From Candidatus Nanopelagicales bacterium (GTDB lineage Bacteria; Actinomycetota; Actinomycetes; S36-B12): DNA of 64,000 bases. The notes beneath the pieces are model-generated. The model saw nothing but the letters and a program-made list of their open reading frames with translations, made no database searches and was not told where the DNA came from. Both the position numbers and the translations under genes were made by a program. This document shows positions 21,973-32,647 of the stretch, in pieces (the first letter of the stretch is position 1; each line of letters opens with the position of its first letter). The DNA lies in NCBI GenBank assembly GCA_018402235.1, contig JAGYJJ010000004.1:201256-265255 (forward strand), read 5' to 3'.

Positions 21973-24036
21973 TCACCCGGTTGCTTCTCGCATCGATCGC
22001 AGTTCCGACTTAAGTTCGCTCAGTTCGTCACGTATACGTGCAGCCAGCTCAAACTGCAAATCTGCGGCAGCCTGATGCATCTGATTCGTTAACTGCTCGA
22101 TCAAACTCACCAGGTCCCCCTCAGCCATCGAAGCAGTGCGCCGCACGGGGGTGGCGTTGGTGGTGGACATGGAGCCGATCAGAGACATCGTGTCGGCTTC
22201 TTCCCGCACCAACAGATCGGTGATGTCTGCGATCTTCTTACGTAGGGGCTGCGGATCAATGCCTCGCTCCACGTTGTAGGCAACCTGTCTGGCTCGGCGT
22301 CGGTTCGTCTCGTCGATAGCGTTTCGCATAGATGGCGTGATCGAATCGGCGTACATATGCACTTGACCAGAAACATTTCGGGCGGCTCGCCCGATCGTTT
22401 GGATAAGTGAGGTCTCCGAACGCAAAAATCCCTCTTTGTCGGCGTCAAGAATCGCCACGAGCGACACCTCAGGAAGATCCAGCCCCTCGCGTAAAAGATT
22501 GATGCCGACCAATACGTCGAAAACTCCGGCGCGCAGCTCCCGAAGCAGTTCAACCCGCCGCAAGGTGTCCACCTCCGAGTGGAGGTACTGCACGCGAATC
22601 CCGTGCTCTGACAGGTAATCGGTGAGGTCCTCAGCCATGCGCTTGGTCAAGGTCGTGACCAAGGAACGTTCACCCCGCTCCGCCCGTGTTCGAACCTCAT
22701 ACATGAGGTCGTCGATCTGGCCATCCGTAGGTTTGACCACTATCTCCGGATCGACCAAGCCTGTGGGCCGGATTACCTGCTCCACAACATCGCCCTCAAC
22801 CTTGCCCAATTCGTAGGCACCTGGCGTTGCCGACAGGTAAACGGTTTGTCCAACTCGCTGCGTGAACTCATCCCATTTCAATGGTCTGTTGTCCAAAGCA
22901 GATGGAAGCCGAAAACCGTGCTCCACCAGCGTCCGCTTCCGGGACATGTCCCCCTCATACATGGCGCCAATCTGCGGCACGGTCACGTGGGATTCGTCTA
23001 TCACCATCAGGAAGTCGTCTGGGAAGTAGTCCAGAAGACAATTCGGGGCAGATCCTTCTGGGCGACCGTCAATGTGACGCGAATAGTTCTCGATTCCGGA
23101 GCAAGCGCCAACCTGTCGCATCATCTCGATGTCGTAGTTGGTGCGCATCCGCAATCGCTGAGCCTCGAGTAGCTTTCCTTGTGCGTCTAGTTCCGTTAAG
23201 CGCGCCTGCAGTTCAGACTCAATTCCGGTAATCGCGCGTTCCATTCGCTCAGGACCGGCCACGTAATGCGACGCAGGGAATATGTAGATTTCCTGGTCTT
23301 CGGTCATGATCTCGCCGGTCACCGGATGCAGGGTCATCAGCCGCTCGATTTCATCTCCGAACATCTCAATTCGAACAGGGTGTTCCTCATACATCGGAAA
23401 AACTTCAACCGTGTCGCCGCGAACCCTGAAGGTCCCACGCTCGAAAGAGATGTCGTTCCGCGCATACTGAATGTCAACGAATCGACGTAATAGGGCGTCT
23501 CGCTCCATTTCCTCCCCAACACGCAAACGGACCATTCGGTCCACGTATTCCTGGGGGGTCCCGAGCCCGTAGATCGCTGAAACGGACGCGACCACGAGGA
23601 CATCTCTTCGAGTGAGCAGCGAATTGGTTGCCGAATGCCGGAGTCGCTCAACCTCATCGTTGATTGATGAGTCTTTCTCGATGTAGGTATCAGTCTGCGG
23701 AACATACGCTTCAGGCTGGTAGTAGTCGTAGTAAGAAACGAAATATTCGATGGCGTTGTTGGGCAGTAGTTCACGGAATTCCGTGGCCAATTGCGCAGCA
23801 AGAGTCTTGTTCGGGGCCATCACTAAAGTTGGTCGTTGTAGTCGCTCCACCAACCAAGCCGTCGTGGCCGACTTACCGGTGCCGGTAGCGCCTAAGAGCA
23901 CAGCGTGCTCATCACCTGCTTCGATCCTTCGCGCCAACTCCTCAATGGCCTGCGGTTGATCGCCCGATGGCCGAAAGTCCGAGACGACCTCAAAGGGCGC
24001 CACCGTTCGCTGAAGATCGGTGATCGGTCGTGTCAT
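21973..24036 (-). CDS. uvrB: Excinuclease ABC subunit B
   Basis: ORF 21973..24057(-). ATG at 24036 ([10 protein letters not shown]) overlaps the coaE stop (ATGA). Motifs [10 protein letters not shown] and VIDESHVT, with a C-terminal UVR domain. Confidence 0.95.
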   Translation of the reverse strand: MTRPITDLQRTVAPFEVVSDFRPSGDQPQAIEELARRIEAGDEHAVLLGATGTGKSATTAWLVERLQRPTLVMAPNKTLAAQLATEFRELLPNNAIEYFVSYYDYYQPEAYVPQTDTYIEKDSSINDEVERLRHSATNSLLTRRDVLVVASVSAIYGLGTPQEYVDRMVRLRVGEEMERDALLRRFVDIQYARNDISFERGTFRVRGDTVEVFPMYEEHPVRIEMFGDEIERLMTLHPVTGEIMTEDQEIYIFPASHYVAGPERMERAITGIESELQARLTELDAQGKLLEAQRLRMRTNYDIEMMRQVGACSGIENYSRHIDGRPEGSAPNCLLDYFPDDFLMVIDESHVTVPQIGAMYEGDMSRKRTLVEHGFRLPSALDNRPLKWDEFTQRVGQTVYLSATPGAYELGKVEGDVVEQVIRPTGLVDPEIVVKPTDGQIDDLMYEVRTRAERGERSLVTTLTKRMAEDLTDYLSEHGIRVQYLHSEVDTLRRVELLRELRAGVFDVLVGINLLREGLDLPEVSLVAILDADKEGFLRSETSLIQTIGRAARNVSGQVHMYADSITPSMRNAIDETNRRRARQVAYNVERGIDPQPLRKKIADITDLLVREEADTMSLIGSMSTTNATPVRRTASMAEGDLVSLIEQLTNQMHQAAADLQFELAARIRDELSELKSELRSMREATG

Positions 24037-24620
24037 TGCCGTGCCCACTCCTGCCAAAGTCGATCGACGTGCGATTGCGTCTGGTCGGTCGTCCCGGCAT
24101 TGTCGATAACGTGATCGGCCGCAGCTAGCCGGTCCTGCCTGGACGCTTGACGAGCCATCCGCGCCCGCACGTCGTCGGAATCTAGGCCGCGCGCCATAGC
24201 ACGGTGCACTTGGATTTCCTCGGGCACATCCACCACCACCACGAGATCCACAAGCGAAACCTGCCCCGTTTCCACCAGCAGTGGCATCTCATAGATCACC
24301 ACCGCACCGCTACCTTCGCCCTGCTCGAGCTCGACCTCTGCTAATTCGCGAATTGCAGGATGCGTGATCTCGTTGAGGTGGCGCGTGCCTCGCTCACTTG
24401 CGAATGCGCGCTCGGCAAGCAAGGCACGATCCAAGGTGCCGTCCGATGAGACGATATCGGCACCAAATTCCTCAACTAACCGGGCGAGAACCGGTGAACC
24501 GGGCTCCACGATGCGCCTGGCAATTTGGTCGGCGTCGACGACGATTGCGCCCTTGCCAGCCAGCATCGCGGCCACGGTTGACTTACCCGAGCCGATCCCC
24601 CCGGTCAGCCCGATGCGCAC
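24033..24620 (-). CDS. coaE: Dephospho-CoA kinase
   Basis: ORF 24033..24620(-), 195 aa. N-terminus [17 protein letters not shown]. Confidence 0.9.
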   Translation of the reverse strand: MRIGLTGGIGSGKSTVAAMLAGKGAIVVDADQIARRIVEPGSPVLARLVEEFGADIVSSDGTLDRALLAERAFASERGTRHLNEITHPAIRELAEVELEQGEGSGAVVIYEMPLLVETGQVSLVDLVVVVDVPEEIQVHRAMARGLDSDDVRARMARQASRQDRLAAADHVIDNAGTTDQTQSHVDRLWQEWARQ

Positions 24621-24635
24621 CCTGGAGACTTCTCG

Positions 24636-26102
24636 CTACTCGCTGGTGAGTTTGTCGCGCAGTGCCTGGAGCGCCTCATCCGAAGCTAAAGAGCCCTCGG
24701 CATCCCCGCTGTCCGATGAGTAAGTCGTCGCATCGCCGGTTTCAACTGCAGCCGCCTGGTCGGCTTCTTGCGCCTCGACCATTTGCTTGCGGTGAGCCTC
24801 CCAGCGAGCGTGGGCGTCGGCGTATTCCTGCTCCCACGCTGCACGTTGGCCCTCGAAGCCGGCCTTCCATTCGCCAGTCTCAGGATCGAAGCCGTCGGGA
24901 CCGATGTAGCTGCCGGCCTCATCGAATGCCGGCGCCATGCCGTACAAGTACGGGTCGAACTCCTCAGAGCCCTGCGTATCTCCGGAATCGTTCGCCTGCT
25001 TGAGCGACAGCGAGATCCGGCGGCGCTCCAAGTCGATATCGATTACCTTGACAAATAGTTCATCGCCCACCTGAACGATCTGCTCGGGCAACTCAATGTG
25101 ACGCTCGGCCAACTCGGAGATGTGAACAAGGCCCTCGATGCCCTCGTCTACGCGCACGAAAGCGCCGAAGGGAACGAGCTTGGTCACCTTGCCGGACACC
25201 ACCTGGTTGAGTTGGTGGGTTCGCGCGAAGTGCTGCCACGGATCTTCCTGGGTGGCCTTCAAAGACAGCGAAACTCGCTCCCTATCCATATCCACATCGA
25301 GAACCTCGACGGTCACTTCCTGGCCTACTTCGACAACCTCGGACGGGTGGTCGATGTGCTTCCAGGACAACTCCGAAACGTGAACCAAGCCGTCCACGCC
25401 ACCGAGATCCACGAACGCACCGAAATTGACGATGCTGGAAACAACCCCAGAGCGAATCTGACCCTTTTGCAACTGGGTCAAGAAAGTTTGACGAACCTCA
25501 GACTGGGTCTGCTCGAGCCAAGCACGGCGCGAGAGGACGACGTTATTACGGTTTTTGTCGAGTTCGATGATCTTTGCTTCAAGTGTCTTGCCTACATACG
25601 GCTGAAGATCACGTACGCGGCGCATTTCCACCAACGATGCGGGCAAGAAGCCACGCAGTCCAATGTCCAAGATCAGGCCGCCCTTGACGACCTCGATGAC
25701 CTGGCCTTCGACCACACCGTCTTCTTCCTTGACCTTCTCGATCGTGCCCCAGGCGCGCTCGTACTGCGCGCGCTTCTTGGACAGGATCAGCCGGCCTTCC
25801 TTGTCCTCCTTCTGCAGGACAAGTGCTTCGACTGAGTCACCAACGCCCACAACCTCGGACGGATCGACATCGTGCTTTATCGACAGTTCACGGGAGGGGA
25901 TAACGCCCTCTGTCTTATAACCGATGTCGAGAAGGACTTCATCACGGTCCACCTTGACGATGGTGCCTTCGACGATGTCGCCGTCGTTGAAGTATTTGAT
26001 CGTTGCATCGATGGCTGCCATGAAATCATCGGCCGAGCCGATGTCGTTGATGGCCACCTGGGCCGGAGCAGCAGAAGGGGCGGAGGTCGTAGGAACAGTC
26101 AT
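24636..26102 (-). CDS. rpsA: 30S ribosomal protein S1
   Basis: ORF 24636..26102(-), 488 aa. Four S1 repeats (GTIVKVDRDEVLLDIGYKTEGVI...) and an acidic C-terminal tail. Confidence 0.95.
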   Translation of the reverse strand: MTVPTTSAPSAAPAQVAINDIGSADDFMAAIDATIKYFNDGDIVEGTIVKVDRDEVLLDIGYKTEGVIPSRELSIKHDVDPSEVVGVGDSVEALVLQKEDKEGRLILSKKRAQYERAWGTIEKVKEEDGVVEGQVIEVVKGGLILDIGLRGFLPASLVEMRRVRDLQPYVGKTLEAKIIELDKNRNNVVLSRRAWLEQTQSEVRQTFLTQLQKGQIRSGVVSSIVNFGAFVDLGGVDGLVHVSELSWKHIDHPSEVVEVGQEVTVEVLDVDMDRERVSLSLKATQEDPWQHFARTHQLNQVVSGKVTKLVPFGAFVRVDEGIEGLVHISELAERHIELPEQIVQVGDELFVKVIDIDLERRRISLSLKQANDSGDTQGSEEFDPYLYGMAPAFDEAGSYIGPDGFDPETGEWKAGFEGQRAAWEQEYADAHARWEAHRKQMVEAQEADQAAAVETGDATTYSSDSGDAEGSLASDEALQALRDKLTSE

Positions 26103-26207
26103 GTAGTGGGGAATCCGATGCGTCGTTGGTGTATCCAGCGGTCGCTGGGCCCCCCAAGGGTACGGGAGAGCCCGAGGGGTGAGTGCGTCGGGTGGTCGCC
26201 CTGGTGT

Positions 26208-28884
26208 TTAGTGGCCGGCGCTTTGCCAGTCCGCTCCCACACCCACCGAAACGTCCAGCGGAACGCGCAACTTCGCTGCTCCTGCCATCTGCTCTCGCAA
26301 GGTCGCCTCAACGATCGGCGCCTCGCCCGGAGCCACCTCCACAACCAATTCGTCGTGCACTTGAAGAAGCAGCCGGCTGGCCAGCCCCTGGTGTGAGATC
26401 GCCTCCGCTACCCGGAGCATCGCCACTTTCACGATATCGGCCGCCGTGCCCTGGATCGGAGCGTTGAGGGCCATCCGCTCGGCCATCTCCCGGCGTTGAC
26501 GGTTGTCATGAGACAGGTCAGGGAGGTAGCGACGACGACCGAGCATGGTCTCGGTGTAGCCAACCTTCCTCGCCTGCTCAACGATCCCCGCCAGATAGTC
26601 GCGCACCCCACCGAACCGGGTGAAGTACTCGTCCATCAGGTCCTGGGCCTCAGCTGGACTGATACGCAACTGCTGAGACAGGCCATACGCCGACAAGCCA
26701 TAGGCCAGGCCATAACTCATTGCCTTAATGCGACGTCGCATTTCCGGATCCACATCAGATTCCTGGACGCCGAACACCTTGGCCGCCACCGAGCTATGCA
26801 CATCCTCGCCCTCGGAGAAGGCTTCGATCAAGCCATCGTCTGCGGACACATGCGCCATGATGCGCATCTCGATCTGGCTGTAGTCGGCCGTCATCAAACT
26901 CTCGTAGCCCTCCCCCACGACGAAACACGCTCGGATCCGTCGGCCTGCCTCCGTGCGAATGGGGATGTTCTGCAAATTCGGGTCCGACGATGAGAGTCGA
27001 CCGGTTGCCGCCGCCGTCTGCTTGAAGGTTGTGTGGATCCGTCCTTGCTCATCTGCAAGAGGCAACAGCCCATCGACCGTCTGTCGCAACTTTGACACGT
27101 CGCGCCACGCGAGGAGTTGCTCGAGAACTGGATCGTGCGTGGAAACAAAAAGGTTCTGAAGTGCTTCTGCATCGGTCGTATAACCCGTCTTGATTTTCTT
27201 CGTCTTCGGCAACCCTCGCTCGACGAAGAGAACCTCCTGAAGTTGCTTGGGTGATCCAAGGTTGAAGGTGTGCCCAACAATCCGATGGGCTTCCTCCTCG
27301 GCTCGACGCATGGCGTCTGCGAACTCGGCCGAAAGAGCCTTGAGTTTGTCGCGATCCACGGCGATGCCTGCGTACTCCATTCTTGAAAGAAGACCGGCAA
27401 GAGGAATCTCGATGTCGCGCAATAGCGGCGCGAGTCCTTCGGTTTCAAGCCGTGTCTCCAGCTGCGCAGCCACCTCACCAATTGCATGAGCTGCTCGCGC
27501 TAAGTCCTGAAGTTGCGTCGAATCATCGGCATCCAGCGTGAGTTGACCGTTGGCGTCGTCGGCTTGCTGGACCGTGGATCCCATAATTCTTTGACATACG
27601 TCGTCAAGGGAGTAGGAACGAGCTCCCGGAGCATCCAGGTATGCAGCTAGCGCGGTGTCCATCGCAACACCATCGATAATCCGCTCCCCTTCGGACTGAG
27701 TGAGCGCTGCCAGATCAGGACCCTTCACATCATGCAGACGTTTCACGACATCGGCATTGCCAAGCCAATCGAATACCGCCGTGCGGTTCTTGTCGTCGCT
27801 CGTCGGTATCGCCAGTAGCCGCCCCTCGGCGCTGATGGCAACACCGGCAATCTCGCCACGCCCAGCGGACCATGAACCGCCAACGGCCACCGCCGCGTTG
27901 GTGACCTTGGACAAAGCCGTGGCCGCCTTGCCGTCCTTGATGATTTCGATATCTGGCATGGGAGAGGCCGGTGCGGGAGAAACGCCGGCCGGAGCTGCGC
28001 CGCTGCCGTGAGGCAGTGCGTCAACGCGCGAACGCAAAGCGGAGAATTGCAGGGATTCGAAGAGTTGCTCGACTTCAGCGCGCGACCACTCACGCCATTC
28101 CAGTGACTCCACCGGAGACATCAAGGGGCACATCGCGCACGAGCTCGGTCAGTTCGCGATTCATCAACACCTGGGGCACGGCTTCCCGAAGCGCCTCGCC
28201 CACTTTTCCGCCGACGCTGTCCACGTTATCTACTAAATTGGCCAAACTTCCGTAGGTACCCAGCCACTTGACCGCTGTCTTCTCCCCCACTCCCGGGATT
28301 CCGGGCAGGTTGTCGCTCGGATCCCCACGAAGCGCTGCAAAATCTGGATACTGAATGGGCGTGAGCCCGTACTTTTCCTCGATGGCCTCCGGTGTCATGC
28401 GCGCGAGGTCTGACACGCCCTTCTTTGGATACAGGACCGTCGTTCGCGAATCGACCAATTGGAAGGTATCTCTATCCCCGCTCACGATCTGCACGTCCAA
28501 GTCATGTTCTTGGCCCTGGGTTGTGAGGGTCGCGATGACGTCGTCGGCCTCGAAACCTTCCACCTGGAAGGTCGTGATCCCCAGCGCACGCACTACTTCC
28601 TTGATCAACTCGACCTGGCCTTTGAACTCCGCTGGCGAGGAGGCTCGGGTTGCCTTGTAATCGGCAAAGCGTTCCGTGCGAAAGCTCTTTCGCGAGACGT
28701 CGAACGCAACCGCCACGTGGCTTGGTTTCTCGTCACGAAGCAGATTCACCAACATTGAGGTGAACCCGTAGACCGCATTCGTTGGTTGACCGGTGGAGGT
28801 ACTGAAGTTTTCAACCGGAAGGGCGTAGAAAGCCCGGTACGCCAATGAGTGCCCATCCAGCAACAGCAATCTGGCCGCGCCCAT
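26208..28884 (-). pseudogene. polA: DNA polymerase I, interrupted by a +1 frameshift near 28093-28133 as sequenced
   Basis: ORF 28090..29379(-) from ATG 28884 (MGAARLLLLDGHSLAYRAF) is the 5'-nuclease domain and ends ...VRDVPLDVSGGVTGMA*. ORF 26208..28133(-) continues with SPVESLEWREW... and the polymerase domain (YSQIEMRIMAH, QVHDELVVE). Confidence 0.9.
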
Positions 28885-28944
28885 TGCGTGATCATAGGCG
28901 CGCCGGCGGTCTACGCTTCTCGCGTGAGCGATACATCGGACGGC

Positions 28945-29358
28945 ATGCCAGTGGAATTCGAAAGCCTTGGAGCCGGCGCACTTGCCGAGAAGATGGGCAT
29001 CGAAATCCTTTCCGCCTCCCCCGATCGTGTGGTGGGCACCATGCCGGTGATAGGCAATACCCAGCCCTATGGCCTCCTCCATGGGGGAGCCAGCGCGGTG
29101 CTCGCCGAATCTCTCGGATCCATCCACGCTGCCTTCAACGCCGGTCCTGAAAACATCGTGGTGGGAGTGGATTTGAACTGCACGCACCATCGGTCTGCAA
29201 CCCAGGGCGTGGTGACTGGCGAAGCGACCACCTTGTCCGCTGGACGCACCCTGGTCAGTTCCCAGATCCGGATCTCTAACGAGGCAGGCGATCCGATCTG
29301 CACTGCTCGACTCACCTGCCTCATCCGGCCGGCGAAGCGGCCGGGCACGAACGCGTAA
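28945..29358 (+). CDS. PaaI-family hotdog-fold thioesterase
   Basis: ORF 28849..29358. ATG at 28945 (MPVEFESLGAGALAEKMGIEIL). Contains GLLHGGASAVLAESLGS. Divergent from polA. Confidence 0.7.
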   Translation: MPVEFESLGAGALAEKMGIEILSASPDRVVGTMPVIGNTQPYGLLHGGASAVLAESLGSIHAAFNAGPENIVVGVDLNCTHHRSATQGVVTGEATTLSAGRTLVSSQIRISNEAGDPICTARLTCLIRPAKRPGTNA

Positions 29359-29417
29359 CAAAGCCGACCAAAGTGCCAAAGCCCTCGCTATTTCAGGGGG
29401 AACCGGGCTAGGGTTTC

Positions 29418-30767
29418 GTGACCGTTTCGGATGGCACTTGCCTCCGAATCCGTTTCCGCCCTGGAGGTGCCTTGACCAGTCGAGCCCGCGGTACCGCTGG
29501 CGCGCTCGTCCTCGCGGTGCTGGCTGCTCTGGGTTTCGCGCTGCTCTCGAGCGCCCCGGCCCATGCGGCGGATACCGTCCTTGTGGGGTCCTTCACCGCC
29601 CCCGACGGCACACCCGTTGAGGGCGTATCGGTGACCGTGAGCAACGCCGACGGATTCAGCGAAACCGTGACCAGCGACGCCAACGGCGATTTCTCAGCCG
29701 CACTCCCCAGCGGTGGCACCTACCAAATTGATCTTGATGTCAGCACGCTCCCGGACGGAATCGCCCTCACCAAACCCGAGGACGAGAGCCGATCGTTGCT
29801 GGTCCTCGGTGGCGAGAAGCGCATCCTCACCAAGCTGGTCGAGGGCGAAGGTGGCGGCGGCGGTGGTGGCGGTTTCATTAACGTCACCGGGGATCAGTTC
29901 CTGCAGTTGCTCTTTGACGGTCTCCTCTTTGGCGTCATGATCGCGCTCGCTGCTCTCGGCTTGAACTTGGTTTTTGGCACCACCGGCCTGACGAACTTCT
30001 CCCATGGCGACCTCGTCACGCTGGGCGCCTTCACCGCACTTCTGCTCAACCTCTCGGGCGTGAACATCATCATTGCCGCTCCGATAGCGGTTGTTTTCTG
30101 TGCCATCGTCTTCGGCTGGGGACAGAACAAAGTGCTGTGGCGGCCGCTGCGCCGCCGCAAGACCGGCCTCATCGCGATGATGATCATCTCTATTGGTCTG
30201 GCCATCGTGTTGCGCTATTCGGTAGCCCTTTTCTTCGGCGCCGCACCCCAGACCTACAAGCAGTACGCAGGGCAGGCCGGCATCAACCTCGGCCCCGTCA
30301 CCGCTACCCCGAAGGCCTTGATCCTTGCCGCTCTCGCGGTCATCACGCTCACCGCTGTGGTCATTTGGGTTCAGCGCTCTCGTATCGGAAAAGCGACACG
30401 GGCGGTCTCGGACAACCCGGCACTGGCTTCTGCGACGGGTATCGACGTCGAGAAGGTCATCGCGGTGGTGTGGATCGTCGCCGCAGGCCTTGCCGCCTTC
30501 GCTGGCGTCTACCTGGGCATGACACAAAACAGCGTCTGGAACATGGGCCAACGCATACTGCTGATCATCTTTGCCTCGGTTATTCTTGGGGGGCTCGGAA
30601 CCGTCTACGGCGCCATCGTCGGTGCCCTGGTGGTGGGCGTGTTCATCAACTTGACGAGCTTGGTCATTCCCACAGAGATGAAGACCGTCGGTGCACTTTT
30701 CGTGATGATCTTGATCTTGATGATTCGCCCGCAAGGCCTACTCGGTAGACGAGAGCGGGTGGGCTGA
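29418..30767 (+). CDS. livH: Branched-chain amino acid ABC transporter permease (LivH family) with an about 150-aa N-terminal secreted extension
   Basis: ORF 29418..30767, 449 aa. Signal-like GALVLAVLAALGFALLSSAPAHA, beta-rich segment (VSVTVSNADGFSETVTSDANGDF), G10 linker, then a LivH-type TM core (LLFGVMIALAALGLNLVFGTTGL). Exact start is uncertain. Confidence 0.8.
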   Translation: MTVSDGTCLRIRFRPGGALTSRARGTAGALVLAVLAALGFALLSSAPAHAADTVLVGSFTAPDGTPVEGVSVTVSNADGFSETVTSDANGDFSAALPSGGTYQIDLDVSTLPDGIALTKPEDESRSLLVLGGEKRILTKLVEGEGGGGGGGGFINVTGDQFLQLLFDGLLFGVMIALAALGLNLVFGTTGLTNFSHGDLVTLGAFTALLLNLSGVNIIIAAPIAVVFCAIVFGWGQNKVLWRPLRRRKTGLIAMMIISIGLAIVLRYSVALFFGAAPQTYKQYAGQAGINLGPVTATPKALILAALAVITLTAVVIWVQRSRIGKATRAVSDNPALASATGIDVEKVIAVVWIVAAGLAAFAGVYLGMTQNSVWNMGQRILLIIFASVILGGLGTVYGAIVGALVVGVFINLTSLVIPTEMKTVGALFVMILILMIRPQGLLGRRERVG

Positions 30768-30768
30768 T

Positions 30769-31758
30769 ATGGATTGGGGATTCGTTCTCACCCAGACCAT
30801 GACACAAGCGGTCGGGGTAACCGCCATCATCTACATCCTGGCGGCCATCGGCCTCAACGTTCAGTTCGGATACGCCGGCTTGCTCAACTTCGGTCAGGTC
30901 GCATTCGTGGCCGCGGGTTCATACGCCGTAGGCGTGATCGTCTTGACCTTCGACCTAAGTTTGTGGCTCGCCATTGTGGTTGCGGTGGTCGTTGCGACGA
31001 TTTTGGCACTACTGCTGGGGATTCCCACCCTGCGCCTGCGTGCAGACTATTTGGCCATCGTGACTATCGCAGCCAGTGAGTTGTTCCGGCTCACGGTTCG
31101 GTCCATCGCCTTCAAGGACGTACTCGGCGGCGCTCAGGGCCTCAACGGCAAACTCGGCCAGCAGTTCCACGACACCAACCCGCTGCCAGCAGACTTCCAG
31201 AGCCTGCCGGTCCTCAGTTGGACGCGCCAAGACTTGTGGGTCGTCATCGTTGGCTGGATCCTGATCGCCGCTTTCACGCTGTTGGTCTGGCTGCTCGTTC
31301 GCAGTCCATGGGGACGCGTGGTCAAGGGCATCCGCGAGGACGAAGACGCCGTGGTGTCCCTGGGCAAGAATGCATTCGTCTACAAGCTTCAGGCACTGAT
31401 TCTCGGTGGCATCATCGCGGCCTTCGGCGGCATCGTCTGGGCGGTCGCCAAGCAATCAGTCCAACCAGACACGTTCCAGCCCGACTTCACATTCTTCGCC
31501 TACACAATATTGCTCCTTGGTGGTGCCGCTCGGGTCTTCGGACCGATCGTCGGCGGCATCATCTTCTGGTTCCTGCTTGCAGGAACAGGCGAGTTCCTGG
31601 GTCAAGCCATCCAGGCCGGTTGGATCGACTTCCTGCAACCGACGGACGTTGGAAACATCCGCTTCGTCTTGATGGGATCCGGCTTGATCGCCTTGATGGT
31701 CTTCCGACCGCAGGGAATCTTCGGAGACAGGAAGGAGTTGGCCCTCGATGCCCGATAG
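30769..31758 (+). CDS. livM: Branched-chain amino acid ABC transporter permease (LivM family)
   Basis: ORF 30769..31758, 329 aa. Contains GLNVQFGYAGLLNFGQVAF. Polytopic. Confidence 0.85.
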   Translation: MDWGFVLTQTMTQAVGVTAIIYILAAIGLNVQFGYAGLLNFGQVAFVAAGSYAVGVIVLTFDLSLWLAIVVAVVVATILALLLGIPTLRLRADYLAIVTIAASELFRLTVRSIAFKDVLGGAQGLNGKLGQQFHDTNPLPADFQSLPVLSWTRQDLWVVIVGWILIAAFTLLVWLLVRSPWGRVVKGIREDEDAVVSLGKNAFVYKLQALILGGIIAAFGGIVWAVAKQSVQPDTFQPDFTFFAYTILLLGGAARVFGPIVGGIIFWFLLAGTGEFLGQAIQAGWIDFLQPTDVGNIRFVLMGSGLIALMVFRPQGIFGDRKELALDAR

Positions 31759-32647
31759 CACCGCCACCGGCGTGTCACGCGCCGAGCAGGCCAAGGCAAC
31801 CCTGGCATCGGTGCCAGCAACGCCCGGGGTTCCCAAACCCGACCCGATCCTTGTTGCTGATCACGTGTTGCGCACTTTTGGCGGCCTGACGGCCGTGAAT
31901 GTGGAACACGTCGAGATCCAGCGCGGGGCCATCACGGCTCTCATCGGGCCAAACGGAGCGGGCAAAACCACCTTCTTCAATTTGATCACCGGATTTGACG
32001 ACGTCAATGAAGGCGCCTGGACTTTCAATGGGCGCCCAGTTGCCGGCAAGGCACCGTTTCGCTTGGCGCGGCTGGGCATGGTTCGCACCTTCCAGTTGAC
32101 CAAGGCGCTAAGCCGCATGACCGTAATCGACAACATGCGTCTGGGCGCCAAGGACCAAACCGGCGAACATATATTCGCAGCCATCTTTCCTTTCTTGTGG
32201 AAGTCACAGGAGAAACAGATCGATCAACGCGCGATGCGTCTGCTTGAGCGTTTCAATCTTCACGAGAAGGTCGGCGACTTTGCCGGCTCGCTCTCCGGGG
32301 GGCAGCGCAAACTTCTGGAAATGGCCCGGGCGCTGATGTCCGATCCGGAGCTGGTGATGTTGGATGAGCCCATGGCCGGCGTGAATCCGGCGTTGAAGCA
32401 GAGTTTGCTGGGCCACATCAAGTCCATACGCGAGGAGGGCACCACGGTGCTTTTCGTTGAGCACGACATGGACATGGTTCACGACATCTCCGACTGGGTG
32501 ATCGTCATGGCACAGGGGCAGATCATCGCCGAAGGACCCCCGGATACTGTCATGAAGAATGCCGCCGTGATCGACGCCTACCTCGGCGCCCGTCACGATT
32601 CGAACCTCACCGAGTCCGGTGAGGCACTCACCGAGGACGGTGCCTGA
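31748..32647 (+). CDS. livG: Branched-chain amino acid ABC transporter ATP-binding protein (LivG family)
   Basis: ORF 31748..32647, 299 aa. Motifs GPNGAGKTTFFNLITG, LSGGQRKLLEMARAL, LDEPMAGVNP. Confidence 0.9.
   Translation: MPDSTATGVSRAEQAKATLASVPATPGVPKPDPILVADHVLRTFGGLTAVNVEHVEIQRGAITALIGPNGAGKTTFFNLITGFDDVNEGAWTFNGRPVAGKAPFRLARLGMVRTFQLTKALSRMTVIDNMRLGAKDQTGEHIFAAIFPFLWKSQEKQIDQRAMRLLERFNLHEKVGDFAGSLSGGQRKLLEMARALMSDPELVMLDEPMAGVNPALKQSLLGHIKSIREEGTTVLFVEHDMDMVHDISDWVIVMAQGQIIAEGPPDTVMKNAAVIDAYLGARHDSNLTESGEALTEDGA

Noticed and set aside
28885-29379. 165-codon 5' extension of the polA ORF
   Set aside because: It overlaps the divergent thioesterase gene on the other strand, and its sequence is non-homologous. 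The conserved PolA N-terminus begins at the ATG at 28884.
29694-30734. 346-aa ORF on the - strand
   Set aside because: It is antisense to livH and has a low-complexity Asp/Arg/His/Gly-rich translation. It is a shadow ORF of a GC-rich gene.
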